A stretch of DNA of 64,000 nucleotides from Candidatus Woesearchaeota archaeon (GTDB lineage: Archaea > Nanobdellota > Nanobdellia > Woesearchaeales > JABGUJ01). This document shows positions 30,145 to 39,849 of this stretch, in pieces (the stretch's first letter is position 1; each line of letters begins with the position of its first letter). Location of the stretch: the NCBI GenBank assembly GCA_018646625.1, contig JABGUJ010000001.1, forward strand, positions 503,534 through 567,533. The letters run 5' to 3'. Made by a program: the position numbers and the translations under genes. The notes beneath the pieces are model-generated. The model ran no database searches. It worked only from the letters and a program-made list of their open reading frames with translations, and had not been told where the DNA came from.

Positions 30145-31956
30145 ATGACACGTAATAATCCTAATAATCTAAGAAGAGGACACCCAGAAGCACAACCTAG
30201 AACGGCAGAAAGAGTTATCATGCCGCACGAAAGATATCCTGGACCTCAAGCAACACAATTTCAAAGTACACCTCCAAGATACAAACCTTCGTTTTGGGAT
30301 AAGCACGGCGATACTGTAGGAAAAGTTGGAGCTCTTGGTATTGCAGCCATAATTGGATTATATGGTTTTACAAGTTTATTCGCAGCAGATGTTACTTCAG
30401 AAGATCCTAGAGAACCTACTAAAGTTGCAGGTCCTCGAGTTCCAGGTCCCGTAGCTAAAGCATCAGAACCACCTGTTGCTCCTGAACCAGCACCTCCTAT
30501 CGCAACTCACGAACCTGACGTTACTGAAGCACCTGAAGTTATTAGTCCAGATCCTGATTTAGATGAAAGAGTTGCTGAAGCAGATCCAGAACCCGGAATT
30601 GTTCCAACAAGTCCTAATCCTTTAGCAAACTTACTTTACAATACTCACAGATTGAAAGATATTTTCTTATATAATGCAGTAATTGGAGACAACGAATTTG
30701 CATACACTAGTTTCATACCTCTTGGTACTGAACTAGAAGGCGCAGACGGAACTACTATTGACTTCGATGACGATTATTTCACATTTAAGGTTGCAATTGC
30801 AGGATCAAATAGACCTCTGCCTGAAAGGCTTCCGCCTAATTCTCCTGCAATTGAAGATTTTGCACAAGATCTTTCAACTTTTGTCAATAGATTAACAAGA
30901 TTCAACATTGACAATGAAGCAGATTTAGAAAGACTTGCAAATATGATTGCATTCAACTACAAATATTCTTTTGGCATTGATCTGGATACATCTAAAATTT
31001 CTTTTGAAGCTGATCCAGATACCAACGAATTCGCAGCAATAAAATATACTGGCGCAAATGCGAAAGTCGAGATAGAATACGAGGCTGCAGAATCAGTTGA
31101 TGTAGATGAAGCTGATCCTTACTTAGAGAGAACTCTTCCCGAATCTACAAGAACGGAAAGAGAAACACTTACAGATATTAATGGATTGCTACGGATTCCA
31201 TATTCTATGAATGAACAACACGTTCTTCTGATTGGAGCCAAAGATCTAAGAGTTTTAGAGAACATGGAACCATTCTCATACGAAATAGATGATCCGACAG
31301 TTAGTGTTCCAGAAGATTCTCCTGATGAGGTTGACTCTTTCAGATCGATTGAAATCGATTTTGGAATTCAAGACATCGTAGATTCCTATAACTTAGTTGA
31401 TCATGCTCAACCAAACAGCATACCTACTTCCGATGAAGAGGGGGCAGCGCATTTTATTAATCCTTTAAAGTATGTGTTTGCAACGAGAGACGCAAATTTA
31501 GGAGGGGTTGCAGATGCAATAACTGCTGGCCTAGAAAACAAAGTAGATCAAGCACAAGCTCTTTTAGACTTCACTCACACACTAGAATATGGTTCTTGTT
31601 ATCCTGCATATGCGAGAAATCCTATTGTGTCATTGGTAGGAGGGGCACGAGGTTGCGAGCTTGATGCAGTTGTAATGTATTCATCACTTTTAGCACAAAA
31701 AGGAATAGGTTCAATTCTTCTAGGCTATGAAAGCAGAACATTAGTGGCAGTTGAAGTGGCTCCTGAAGATGTAGATCCTGCTGTTGTGTTTAAATTACCT
31801 GGTGAAGACGAACGACAATTTGTTATTGTAGATCCAATATCTTATGGACCTGAATCTGTAATTGGTACAAATCATCTAACTGAGATGCCTGATGAAAATA
31901 TGCCTGCAGATCTAAATGCGCCTTATTATGTGTTTATGATAACTCCAGAACCTTAA
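30145..31956 (+). CDS. membrane-anchored acidic surface protein with Pro-rich linker and C-terminal transglutaminase-like domain
   Basis: TM VGALGIAAIIGLYGF; AQALLDFTH..YARNPIVSL..RGCELDAVVMYSSLL..FVIVDP. Confidence 0.7.
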   Translation: MTRNNPNNLRRGHPEAQPRTAERVIMPHERYPGPQATQFQSTPPRYKPSFWDKHGDTVGKVGALGIAAIIGLYGFTSLFAADVTSEDPREPTKVAGPRVPGPVAKASEPPVAPEPAPPIATHEPDVTEAPEVISPDPDLDERVAEADPEPGIVPTSPNPLANLLYNTHRLKDIFLYNAVIGDNEFAYTSFIPLGTELEGADGTTIDFDDDYFTFKVAIAGSNRPLPERLPPNSPAIEDFAQDLSTFVNRLTRFNIDNEADLERLANMIAFNYKYSFGIDLDTSKISFEADPDTNEFAAIKYTGANAKVEIEYEAAESVDVDEADPYLERTLPESTRTERETLTDINGLLRIPYSMNEQHVLLIGAKDLRVLENMEPFSYEIDDPTVSVPEDSPDEVDSFRSIEIDFGIQDIVDSYNLVDHAQPNSIPTSDEEGAAHFINPLKYVFATRDANLGGVADAITAGLENKVDQAQALLDFTHTLEYGSCYPAYARNPIVSLVGGARGCELDAVVMYSSLLAQKGIGSILLGYESRTLVAVEVAPEDVDPAVVFKLPGEDERQFVIVDPISYGPESVIGTNHLTEMPDENMPADLNAPYYVFMITPEP

Positions 31957-31976
31957 GTGGTGCGACTTCGTACCAC
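31957..31976. promoter_or_regulatory. palindrome upstream of trmB (operator or terminator hairpin)
   Basis: GTGGTGCGA-CT-TCGTACCAC just upstream of TTTTTATA. Confidence 0.5.
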
Positions 31977-32010
31977 AATATTTTTATACCTTTATACTTA
32001 TTAATATTCT

Positions 32011-32739
32011 ATGGATCAAAAACATCTAGAAAGCACAGGATTAACCGCCGCAGAATCTAAAGTATATCTTATGCTTCTTGAACAAGGTGCCAGTCTAGCG
32101 GGAGTTATCTCGAGAAATACAGGAATACACCGAAGATCCGTATACGACGCTATTGAAAGACTAGTACAGAAGGGGCTTGTTTCTTACATTAAACAAAACA
32201 ACCGAAAATACTTTCAAGCAGCAAGCCCCGAAAGATTCTTAGAAATATTAAAAGAAAAAGAAGAGAACATAAAGAGTGTTTTACCAGAACTAAAACTTTT
32301 ACAGCAAATGTCCGAAGGTAAAAACGAAACTCTATTCTTTAGAGGAAGAACCGCACTAAGTACCGTTTTTGATGATCAAATAGAGAAAGAAGAAGACATT
32401 CTTGTATTCGGAACAACCCTTAAGTCATTTGATTATATGAAATACTACTTCCCCCATTATGACCGGAAAAGGGTTGAAAAAAAGATCAAAGTTAAACTCA
32501 TTCTCAACGAAGAAGATAGAGATTTATACCTCAAACTTAAACCAAAATTAACTGAAGCAAGATTCGTACCAAAAGAAGTTGTATCTCAAGTTGCTACTAA
32601 TGTCTATGGCAGAAATGTTGCCATCGTTAGCTGGCGTTTAGACAAAAACGATCCCGTGGCATTAATCATTAGACAAGATGAAATATCGGAGAGCTATAGA
32701 AGTTACTTCAATTTCATATGGAAGAGTGCAAAAAAATGA
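32011..32739 (+). CDS. TrmB family transcriptional regulator
   Basis: GLTAAESKVYLML...VYDAIERLVQKGLV...FNFIWKSAK. Confidence 0.9.
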   Translation: MDQKHLESTGLTAAESKVYLMLLEQGASLAGVISRNTGIHRRSVYDAIERLVQKGLVSYIKQNNRKYFQAASPERFLEILKEKEENIKSVLPELKLLQQMSEGKNETLFFRGRTALSTVFDDQIEKEEDILVFGTTLKSFDYMKYYFPHYDRKRVEKKIKVKLILNEEDRDLYLKLKPKLTEARFVPKEVVSQVATNVYGRNVAIVSWRLDKNDPVALIIRQDEISESYRSYFNFIWKSAKK

Positions 32740-33596
32740 AATACCTTCTAATTCTAAATCCAAACGCAGGATCTTCTCATAATTTCCTCAAGAATATTTT
32801 TGATCACTTCAAAGGTCATCTACTAGAGATAAAGAACACAACCGCACCCAAAGATGCAACTAAATATGCAAAAGCCGCCAAAGGCAAATATGATGTTGTA
32901 ATAGCAGCAGGCGGAGATGGAACTATTAATGAGGTTGTTAATGGTTTAGCTGGTTCAAAGAAGACAAAACTAGGTATTCTTCCTCTAGGAACTGAGAATG
33001 TTTTGGCAAAAGAACTACACGTTCCACTTAAACCCGAAGAGGCAATTAAAAGAATTATCAAAGGTAAGTCGAAGAAGTTTGATTTAGGATTGGCTAATAA
33101 AAGGTATTTTACGATGGTTGCGGGCATTGGTTTTGATGCGCAAGTAGCTGCTGATGTTCCATCTGATCTTAAGAAATTATTAGGCTCTTATGCATATCAT
33201 CTTACCGCCATTAGAACGTTTTTCACATTTATTCCATCAGAAATGGAAATAAAACTTGATAATCAAAAAATGTTAAGAAAAGGTTACATGGTCGTAGTCG
33301 GAAACATAAAACGTTATGGTTGGATCTTAGAATTAACAAAGCACGCAAAAGCTCAAGATGGATACTTAGATGTCTGTATATTCAAAAATAAAGATGTTTT
33401 TAACACAATGAAATATCTTGTATCTGCAACAACCACAAAAAACATACCAGATTTACCAAATGTCGAGTATTTTAAGGTTAAACAACTAACAGTCAAATCC
33501 AAAAAACCTGTTCTTGCCCACGTCGACTGCGAAGTATTAGGTAAAACACCCATAAAAATAAAAGTAGTGCCAAAGGCACTAGAAATAATATATTAA
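32736..33596 (+). CDS. diacylglycerol/lipid kinase, YegS/DagK family
   Basis: ILNPNAG, AGGDGTINE, LPLGTEN, GIGFDA. Confidence 0.92.
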   Translation: MKYLLILNPNAGSSHNFLKNIFDHFKGHLLEIKNTTAPKDATKYAKAAKGKYDVVIAAGGDGTINEVVNGLAGSKKTKLGILPLGTENVLAKELHVPLKPEEAIKRIIKGKSKKFDLGLANKRYFTMVAGIGFDAQVAADVPSDLKKLLGSYAYHLTAIRTFFTFIPSEMEIKLDNQKMLRKGYMVVVGNIKRYGWILELTKHAKAQDGYLDVCIFKNKDVFNTMKYLVSATTTKNIPDLPNVEYFKVKQLTVKSKKPVLAHVDCEVLGKTPIKIKVVPKALEIIY

Positions 33597-33598
33597 AT

Positions 33599-34681
33599 TT
33601 ATTCTCTAGGTTTTGGTTGAGAACCATAAATAGTCTCAAACATAACATATTGCGGACACTCTGGTCTTCTTTCACAACCAGGACACTTGTCCCTATACTT
33701 AGATTCCCAAGGATCTCCTTGACCTGTTGTTGCGCCAGCAAACAAATCAGCCATACTAAATCCCCTTGGTGGAACTCCTATATCATCAACTGGCAAATCA
33801 CCGAGATCAAATACCGCAGCACCTACCAAGTCGCCAAACACATCATCAAATGACGCATGTTCAAAACTCATTGAAGAGCCATCTTCACCCACACCAACAA
33901 TTCTGAACATAGAAGAGCCAAACTCTTCTGCCAGGCCTTGCATAAATGGATCGTAATCTCCACCTACTCGAGAATAAGCATACTTCAATACGTCAGATAC
34001 ATCAGCATAACGGGATGTATTTCTTACTACATAAACATTTTGCTCAGGATGTTCTGCGGCAACTTGTGTTTTATCATTAAAGTACGTAGGCCTAAGTCCT
34101 GTCTCAATCGTGAACTGACCTTCTAAAACTCTCAGAGGGTTGCTAGTAATTTCATGAATTGCATCATCCTGTGCTTCATAGTATACTTTTACTGTAGTAC
34201 TTCTAGGATCTTCAATTATTGGTTCGATTACTGTTGATTTCATTATGGCTTGCAAAAAAGATCTTTTACTTCCTGCTGCGATAAGATATGGTGCACCCAA
34301 CGATCTAACATCACTTTCTATTGCTTCTCCCAACCCAACACCTGCAAGATCTACTCTCTCTTGATCGGGATGATTTAGAACAGTTGGCGTAGTAGCAAAA
34401 GATTCTCCGCTAAATCCAACTGTACTTTCAAAAAGACCTTCATCTATCCAAACACCTCTCACGTCATTTTGTCCAGGGTTAAAATGAAATTCCACACCCA
34501 GATCTGAAACTTTAGCAGTTGCTTCTGCAACCAACTCATCAAGACCGACCGCATTAAAACGAGTAACATTGGCTTTTGCCAATCTGACCGCTTCAAGAAT
34601 TGTGTCAAGAGCATCATCTAACTTAGTAACATAATCTGTATCTCTTGGATCAAAATCGGAGATTATAGGTAATTCTGTCAT
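33599..34681 (-). CDS. acidic hypothetical protein with C-terminal Cys motif
   Basis: 360 aa; CPGCERRPEC at the C-terminus; GGAGG SD. Confidence 0.7.
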   Translation of the reverse strand: MTELPIISDFDPRDTDYVTKLDDALDTILEAVRLAKANVTRFNAVGLDELVAEATAKVSDLGVEFHFNPGQNDVRGVWIDEGLFESTVGFSGESFATTPTVLNHPDQERVDLAGVGLGEAIESDVRSLGAPYLIAAGSKRSFLQAIMKSTVIEPIIEDPRSTTVKVYYEAQDDAIHEITSNPLRVLEGQFTIETGLRPTYFNDKTQVAAEHPEQNVYVVRNTSRYADVSDVLKYAYSRVGGDYDPFMQGLAEEFGSSMFRIVGVGEDGSSMSFEHASFDDVFGDLVGAAVFDLGDLPVDDIGVPPRGFSMADLFAGATTGQGDPWESKYRDKCPGCERRPECPQYVMFETIYGSQPKPRE

Positions 34682-34718
34682 TTTCTACTTTCCTCCCAAT
34701 AACTAAAAAATAAAAAAA

Positions 34719-35777
34719 TTAATTTGGATCTTCGACTTCAGAAAGATATGTGTTAATCACTCTTCCTAAGAATGAAGATGCTTTCAAATCACTATCTGCA
34801 TATTCATCGAAAATCGATCCATCTGAAAAACCATCAAGATTGTATTTATTAACAACTTGACCAATTCTTCCCAGCAAAGGCGCAACATTAATTGTTCCCG
34901 TTGTTGCCCCTTCTGCGGTTATAGCCCTATATTGTGCATCTAAAGTATCCAGCTCGGCTAATCCTTCTTTTATCTGATCAACGCGTGTTCTTACTTGGTG
35001 ACGCATAGAGATTTCTTTTATCGCTGCAGATAAGACGGCATTCAAATCAGAATATTTAGATTCATTAGAGACATGATAATGTGAAACGTGATCCGCATAG
35101 AGTTCTCCATAAAATTGTTCAGGAGTCAAAACATGTGCGTGGTTTTCCGCATTCCCTTCTCTTAAGTTTACAACATATGTAGATGAAGAATCAGTATCTA
35201 AGTCTGCGGTCACAACCATGTCCGCTACGTATAATTTATCATCCAGTTGTATGTAAAGACGCGCATTATTTGAAGAATCGTCGGTAGGTAGTAAATGAGA
35301 TACTCTTGTGGTTGCATTAACTGCGGCTACATATTCTTGCCTTCTTTCTTGAAGAACTTCAGCCCTCGCTTCTAAAGGTGCGAGACCTTGAGCAATCTCC
35401 TGATTCGCTGCAGCTATAACAGTTTCAATAGTTTGGCTCTGGTCCGCTCTCATTGGCTCATTCATTCTGAGTGCATATGTGCCAGTTTCTGGTAGAGAAA
35501 ATAGTCCGAAGAAAGGGATTAACTCTACAAAGTCTACAAACTCCCCGCGTATGTCTCTGTCTGCTAGCCTAATTTCTGCAGTTTCAAGCGCACAATTAAG
35601 AAGAAATTCTCCTTCTTCTAAAATATCTGTTTCTGTTCTTGCGATAAGTCTATCAGTAAATTCAATTCGAGAATCGACTTCATCCACAAACCTCGTTTTA
35701 TGCGGATTTAATCCATCAAGTTTTCGTGGTATGTCTATACTAGTCTCAGCATCTAATCTGGTTCCCAAATCAGTCAT
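34719..35777 (-). CDS. acidic hypothetical coiled-coil protein, possible paralog of 33599..34681
   Basis: 352 aa; GGAGGG SD; shared motif YHVSNESKYSDL / YVVRNTSRYADV. Confidence 0.7.
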   Translation of the reverse strand: MTDLGTRLDAETSIDIPRKLDGLNPHKTRFVDEVDSRIEFTDRLIARTETDILEEGEFLLNCALETAEIRLADRDIRGEFVDFVELIPFFGLFSLPETGTYALRMNEPMRADQSQTIETVIAAANQEIAQGLAPLEARAEVLQERRQEYVAAVNATTRVSHLLPTDDSSNNARLYIQLDDKLYVADMVVTADLDTDSSSTYVVNLREGNAENHAHVLTPEQFYGELYADHVSHYHVSNESKYSDLNAVLSAAIKEISMRHQVRTRVDQIKEGLAELDTLDAQYRAITAEGATTGTINVAPLLGRIGQVVNKYNLDGFSDGSIFDEYADSDLKASSFLGRVINTYLSEVEDPN

Positions 35778-35886
35778 ATATATCCCTCCTAATAGGTATT
35801 TCTTGGCAAAACCAGTTAATTATTAATATTTAAAAGTTTCTATGTTTGTAAGAATTCATAAGAATCAGGCACTAAAACCCCTTAAT

Positions 35887-36951
35887 TCAATATAAGACGA
35901 AAGACCCATTTTTCACTGTCTTAATCACGATCTCTTTTCTAATGTCGCCAAAGGAATCAAATTTACTTAAACCGGTCACCCCTTCGTAAGTCAAGTTATA
36001 CAATTCATCTTTTATACACGTAGAATCTTCCCCACATACTGATAAAACCAAAGAAATGATCTGAACACCATCATACATTAATGCTGCAAAACCCTCACTC
36101 ATTCTACCATATTTCGCTTTATACTTTTCTTGATACACAACATTTAATGGATTATTAGACAACGGATCAAAATGGTAAGGATATACAACACCTTCTGCTG
36201 CAGAACCTGCAATCCTAATTAACTCCTCATTTTCCATAGTGGGTGTACCAAAAATTGTAAAATTCAATCCCAACTCTCTGGCCTGTTTCACCGCTAACCA
36301 ATTATAATTAACATACAATAAAGCATCAACATTGTACTGACTAACCTTCATCAACTCTGTGCGAAAATCATTTGCATCTGATTCAACAATCTCTTTAACC
36401 AAAACAGAACCATTAAAATTTCGTTCAAACTCGTCAACAAATCCATACCCGAAATCTGTATTGACTAAGATGATGCCTATATCATCAACCAAGGCAGATG
36501 AAGCTAACTTTTCTGCATAATAGAATGCATCTGGTTGAACTCTGAATACATAATCACCTGCATAACGTATTTTTGGTGAGACTGCAGAAGCTAATATGAC
36601 TGTTTTACTTTTTTCTGCAATGGGAGCCATAGCCAAAACATCGCTTGAGCACCAATCCCCTAAAACAACAGAAACTCCATTAACATAAACTAATTTATTC
36701 ATCGCAGTCGCCGCAGTCGCAGGTATACATTGACTATCTTCATATAATATTTTTAATTTAGAATCTCTTTTAGAATTTATTTCCTCAACAGCAAGATCTA
36801 TTGCTTCTTTTATGTATTCTCCATATTGTGCGGATGTGCCGGATAAAGGAAGAATTGCTCCTATTTCAACATAATCTTCTTTTACAACCTGTCCACTAAT
36901 ACTGCATCCAACAATCAGAGCCAAAGCTAACGCCAAAACAAAAATTCTCAT
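35887..36951 (-). CDS. LivJ-like ABC substrate-binding lipoprotein
   Basis: IVGC lipobox; IGAILPLSG, YEDSQC, YVFRVQPD. Confidence 0.9.
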   Translation of the reverse strand: MRIFVLALALALIVGCSISGQVVKEDYVEIGAILPLSGTSAQYGEYIKEAIDLAVEEINSKRDSKLKILYEDSQCIPATAATAMNKLVYVNGVSVVLGDWCSSDVLAMAPIAEKSKTVILASAVSPKIRYAGDYVFRVQPDAFYYAEKLASSALVDDIGIILVNTDFGYGFVDEFERNFNGSVLVKEIVESDANDFRTELMKVSQYNVDALLYVNYNWLAVKQARELGLNFTIFGTPTMENEELIRIAGSAAEGVVYPYHFDPLSNNPLNVVYQEKYKAKYGRMSEGFAALMYDGVQIISLVLSVCGEDSTCIKDELYNLTYEGVTGLSKFDSFGDIRKEIVIKTVKNGSFVLY

Positions 36952-36995
36952 CTCTACCACCAACAAAAGATATAAAAAACCAATATTTAAATATC

Positions 36996-37017
36996 TGTAG
37001 TCCTATATAAGACTACA
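36996..37017. promoter_or_regulatory. 22-bp near-perfect palindrome (putative TrmB operator)
   Basis: TGTAGTC-C-TATATA-A-GACTACA between the TATA box and the trmB ATG. Confidence 0.65.
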
Positions 37018-37019
37018 AA

Positions 37020-37751
37020 ATGAGATCCGAATTAGAACTTTTAGGATTAACGGAAGGAGAATCTAAAGTCTATCTTGCATTATTAGAGCTTGGTTCTAGT
37101 CTAGCTGGGCCAATTATAAAGAAAACCAAACTACATCGAGCAACAACATACCAAATCTTACAAAGACTTACAGAAAAAGGGTTAGTATCATTCACTATAA
37201 TGAAAGGTAAAAGACATTTTGAGGCTGCCGATCCTGAACAATTCTCAAGACAACTAAAAGAAAAGCAAGACATCTTATCACAGATCCTGCCTGAACTAAA
37301 ATTAAAGAAATCATTAGCAAAACAATCGCAAGAAATTACTGTCTACCAAGGAAGAAATGGAATTAAAACAGTATGTGGACATATAATTAAGCGGCTCTCG
37401 CCAGGAGGGACATACTATGATTTTGGAGTTTCAGGGCTGTTCAGAGATATAATGAAAGAGTACTGGGATAAATGGCAAACTATGAAACAGAAGAACAACA
37501 TCAAAGCAAAAGTTATATTCAATGAATCCATAAGGAAAAACAAATATCTACTACAAGACATAAAAAACACATCATACAAGTTTGTACCGGATGAATTCTA
37601 TTCTTCTACTGACACAATGATATTGGATGACACTATCATATTATTCATATGGACAGGACAACCGCCTTTAGCTGTAATGATAAAGAACAAAGAAAATGCT
37701 GAAGGTTACAAAAGACAATTTAACCTTATGTGGAAAAATGCAAAAAAATAA
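37020..37751 (+). CDS. TrmB family transcriptional regulator
   Basis: LGLTEGESKVYLALL...YQILQRLTEKGLV...FNLMWKNAK. Confidence 0.9.
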   Translation: MRSELELLGLTEGESKVYLALLELGSSLAGPIIKKTKLHRATTYQILQRLTEKGLVSFTIMKGKRHFEAADPEQFSRQLKEKQDILSQILPELKLKKSLAKQSQEITVYQGRNGIKTVCGHIIKRLSPGGTYYDFGVSGLFRDIMKEYWDKWQTMKQKNNIKAKVIFNESIRKNKYLLQDIKNTSYKFVPDEFYSSTDTMILDDTIILFIWTGQPPLAVMIKNKENAEGYKRQFNLMWKNAKK

Positions 37752-37758
37752 AGGGTGT

Positions 37759-38331
37759 TTAACCCTCGATAATAGATTTTAACAACTGTACTAAAAGCTG
37801 CTTAATTCTGCTTCTCTCTTCTTTCATTTGAGAGCTAACTTCTTTAAGTTGTGCAACTTGCTCTTCAATTACCTGTTCCTTCTCTTCAACTGTAGAGTTA
37901 AGATAATTTATGGTATCAAGTTGATTATCTATTTGCGCTTGTTTCTGATTAATATCAATAGTCAATCCGCTTAACTCATCTAATTTTTCTTGTGCTTCAA
38001 TCTTATTCATGCTTCCAGAACATACTTCTACTGGCACGGTTTTTATCTCTGCATCACACATTTGCGGCGCTTTGCTAGCATGCACAATCAAATAAACAAA
38101 CAGAACAATTATTACAAAACTAAGAGCCCAGATTAGTGGCTTAGAAGAACTTTCTTTCTTCACAACCTCAATTCTCTTTACCGGCTCATGTTGTTTTCTA
38201 TATTCGTTCGCAACTGAGTTAATTAAGTGAGCGTCATGCCCGTGTTGCTTCAACTGTTGTTTAAGATAACCAAGATTAAAACCCTTTTTTATTCCTCTAT
38301 CGAAATAACGCTTAATTTTTTCTTCCATCAT
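37759..38331 (-). CDS. single-pass membrane protein with C-terminal coiled coil
   Basis: TM LIWALSFVIIVLFVYLIV; heptad-rich tail. Confidence 0.7.
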   Translation of the reverse strand: MMEEKIKRYFDRGIKKGFNLGYLKQQLKQHGHDAHLINSVANEYRKQHEPVKRIEVVKKESSSKPLIWALSFVIIVLFVYLIVHASKAPQMCDAEIKTVPVEVCSGSMNKIEAQEKLDELSGLTIDINQKQAQIDNQLDTINYLNSTVEEKEQVIEEQVAQLKEVSSQMKEERSRIKQLLVQLLKSIIEG

Positions 38332-38786
38332 TTTGTGATCTCCAAGACCTCTTTTTGAGTAGTTTGACACACAGATTCTGACAAGCTTTTAAGACCATCT
38401 TTGATCTTTTGACCTTCAGATATCTGGTCATGAGTTTGAGGGAAAACAATCCACTTTTTCTCAGTTTTTGAAAACGGATTAACGAAATATAAACTAAAAT
38501 GCCTGCCTATCCCTACTATCTCTTTCCAGTGGGTAAGTGCATATTTAAAGTTTTCTTCGGTATTGTACACAACTAAACTAGAATGATCTGTTATCTTCTT
38601 CAAATCTTTAATCAAAGATACATCATCGAGGAACGGTTCTATGTGATATTTATGATCTTTATGTTTAAATTTCACATCTAATCCATACTTTTCTTCAGTG
38701 ATTTTAGAAATCTGTCTCATAACAAGATCTTTATTTTCAAGAAAACGCTTAAGCCAATCCCTAAGATATTCTCCTTCTTTGTTTAT
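38328..38786 (-). CDS. hypothetical protein (probable ATA start)
   Basis: ORF extends 22 codons upstream of ATG 38720 to an ATA preceded by GAGGTGA. Confidence 0.65.
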   Translation of the reverse strand: MNKEGEYLRDWLKRFLENKDLVMRQISKITEEKYGLDVKFKHKDHKYHIEPFLDDVSLIKDLKKITDHSSLVVYNTEENFKYALTHWKEIVGIGRHFSLYFVNPFSKTEKKWIVFPQTHDQISEGQKIKDGLKSLSESVCQTTQKEVLEITK

Positions 38787-38813
38787 GGTACCTCACCTCT
38801 AATGAGAAAAGAA

Positions 38814-39362
38814 CTAATTTGGTTTAAATACTTTACGAACAACTTCCTTGACTTTGGCCATAACTCTCCAGCCACCATACTCACCAAACTTAACATCATG
38901 GCATGCGCCCCAAGGATCTGCATATATCCATTTCTTCCCTACTTTAACATGTAAAAATTGATGTATGCTCGGGCCACAAATACTGTGTGTATTCACTATC
39001 TCATCTTCCTTAAACATTCCACTTTTAACCAACATAACCCTAAGAAGAAAACTTAATACCGTACATGCTAAAACCCCTTTATGGTGCCATATTTTGTGGG
39101 TATCTCTCCAAAAGTTTCTATGAAAATAAAGAAATGCACCCATAAATTTACTTTCATATCTATCAACAACAAATTCATAAGCACCTTTCAGAAAAGCCTC
39201 TTTTGTTTTATACTTCTTCTTTAATGCACTAATCTGTTTCATCATCTCAGCAGGAATCTCATCAGGAACAGGCTCATATCTCAAGTGAGGCATAACTAAT
39301 CGAGAAGCACCAAACATTATCACAAAGTATAGTATAGCCAGCCAAAGAATAAACTCAATCAT
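38814..39362 (-). CDS. membrane-anchored transglutaminase-like protein
   Basis: N-terminal TM; LACTVLSFLL (Cys), IHQFLHV (His), WIYADPW (Asp). Confidence 0.75.
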   Translation of the reverse strand: MIEFILWLAILYFVIMFGASRLVMPHLRYEPVPDEIPAEMMKQISALKKKYKTKEAFLKGAYEFVVDRYESKFMGAFLYFHRNFWRDTHKIWHHKGVLACTVLSFLLRVMLVKSGMFKEDEIVNTHSICGPSIHQFLHVKVGKKWIYADPWGACHDVKFGEYGGWRVMAKVKEVVRKVFKPN

Positions 39363-39787
39363 TTTTTTTGTATTGGTGGTAGGGCCACGATCTTACCATC
39401 AAGTTCCACAACCTTGTAGTCTTTGTATTTTTCCTTAGTCTCATCTAGATTTAGTTTAGAAAGTAGAAAGGGATTATTGTACTCATCAAATATAACTCTC
39501 TCGAAATCTGCATTAAGAAATTTCTCCATAGCAGAAAGTCTGATGTTAAATTCTCTAACTCGTACTATATCCTCTTTAAGATTTTCAGGGTCAATTTTCC
39601 GATATGGCTTAACAAGATTATACTTATCTCTAACATCCCATACAAAACATTCCCAGTACTCTCCAGATTTAACATCTGCTTTGGAACCTTTATGAATGAA
39701 ATTAACTCTTTTCTTGAAAAATGCAACTAGTTGAGCATCCTCACCGGATTTAGAATTTCGCTCAAACTTTAAAATCAAATTAACCAA
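39359..39787 (-). CDS. hypothetical protein
   Basis: 142-aa ORF, TTG start after GGGTGAG SD. Confidence 0.7.
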   Translation of the reverse strand: MVNLILKFERNSKSGEDAQLVAFFKKRVNFIHKGSKADVKSGEYWECFVWDVRDKYNLVKPYRKIDPENLKEDIVRVREFNIRLSAMEKFLNADFERVIFDEYNNPFLLSKLNLDETKEKYKDYKVVELDGKIVALPPIQKK

Positions 39788-39849
39788 CGGTCTCTCACCC
39801 CATCTAGAACTCTATTTATTTCCTTTATTAATCTTTCGCTTATAAGCCC

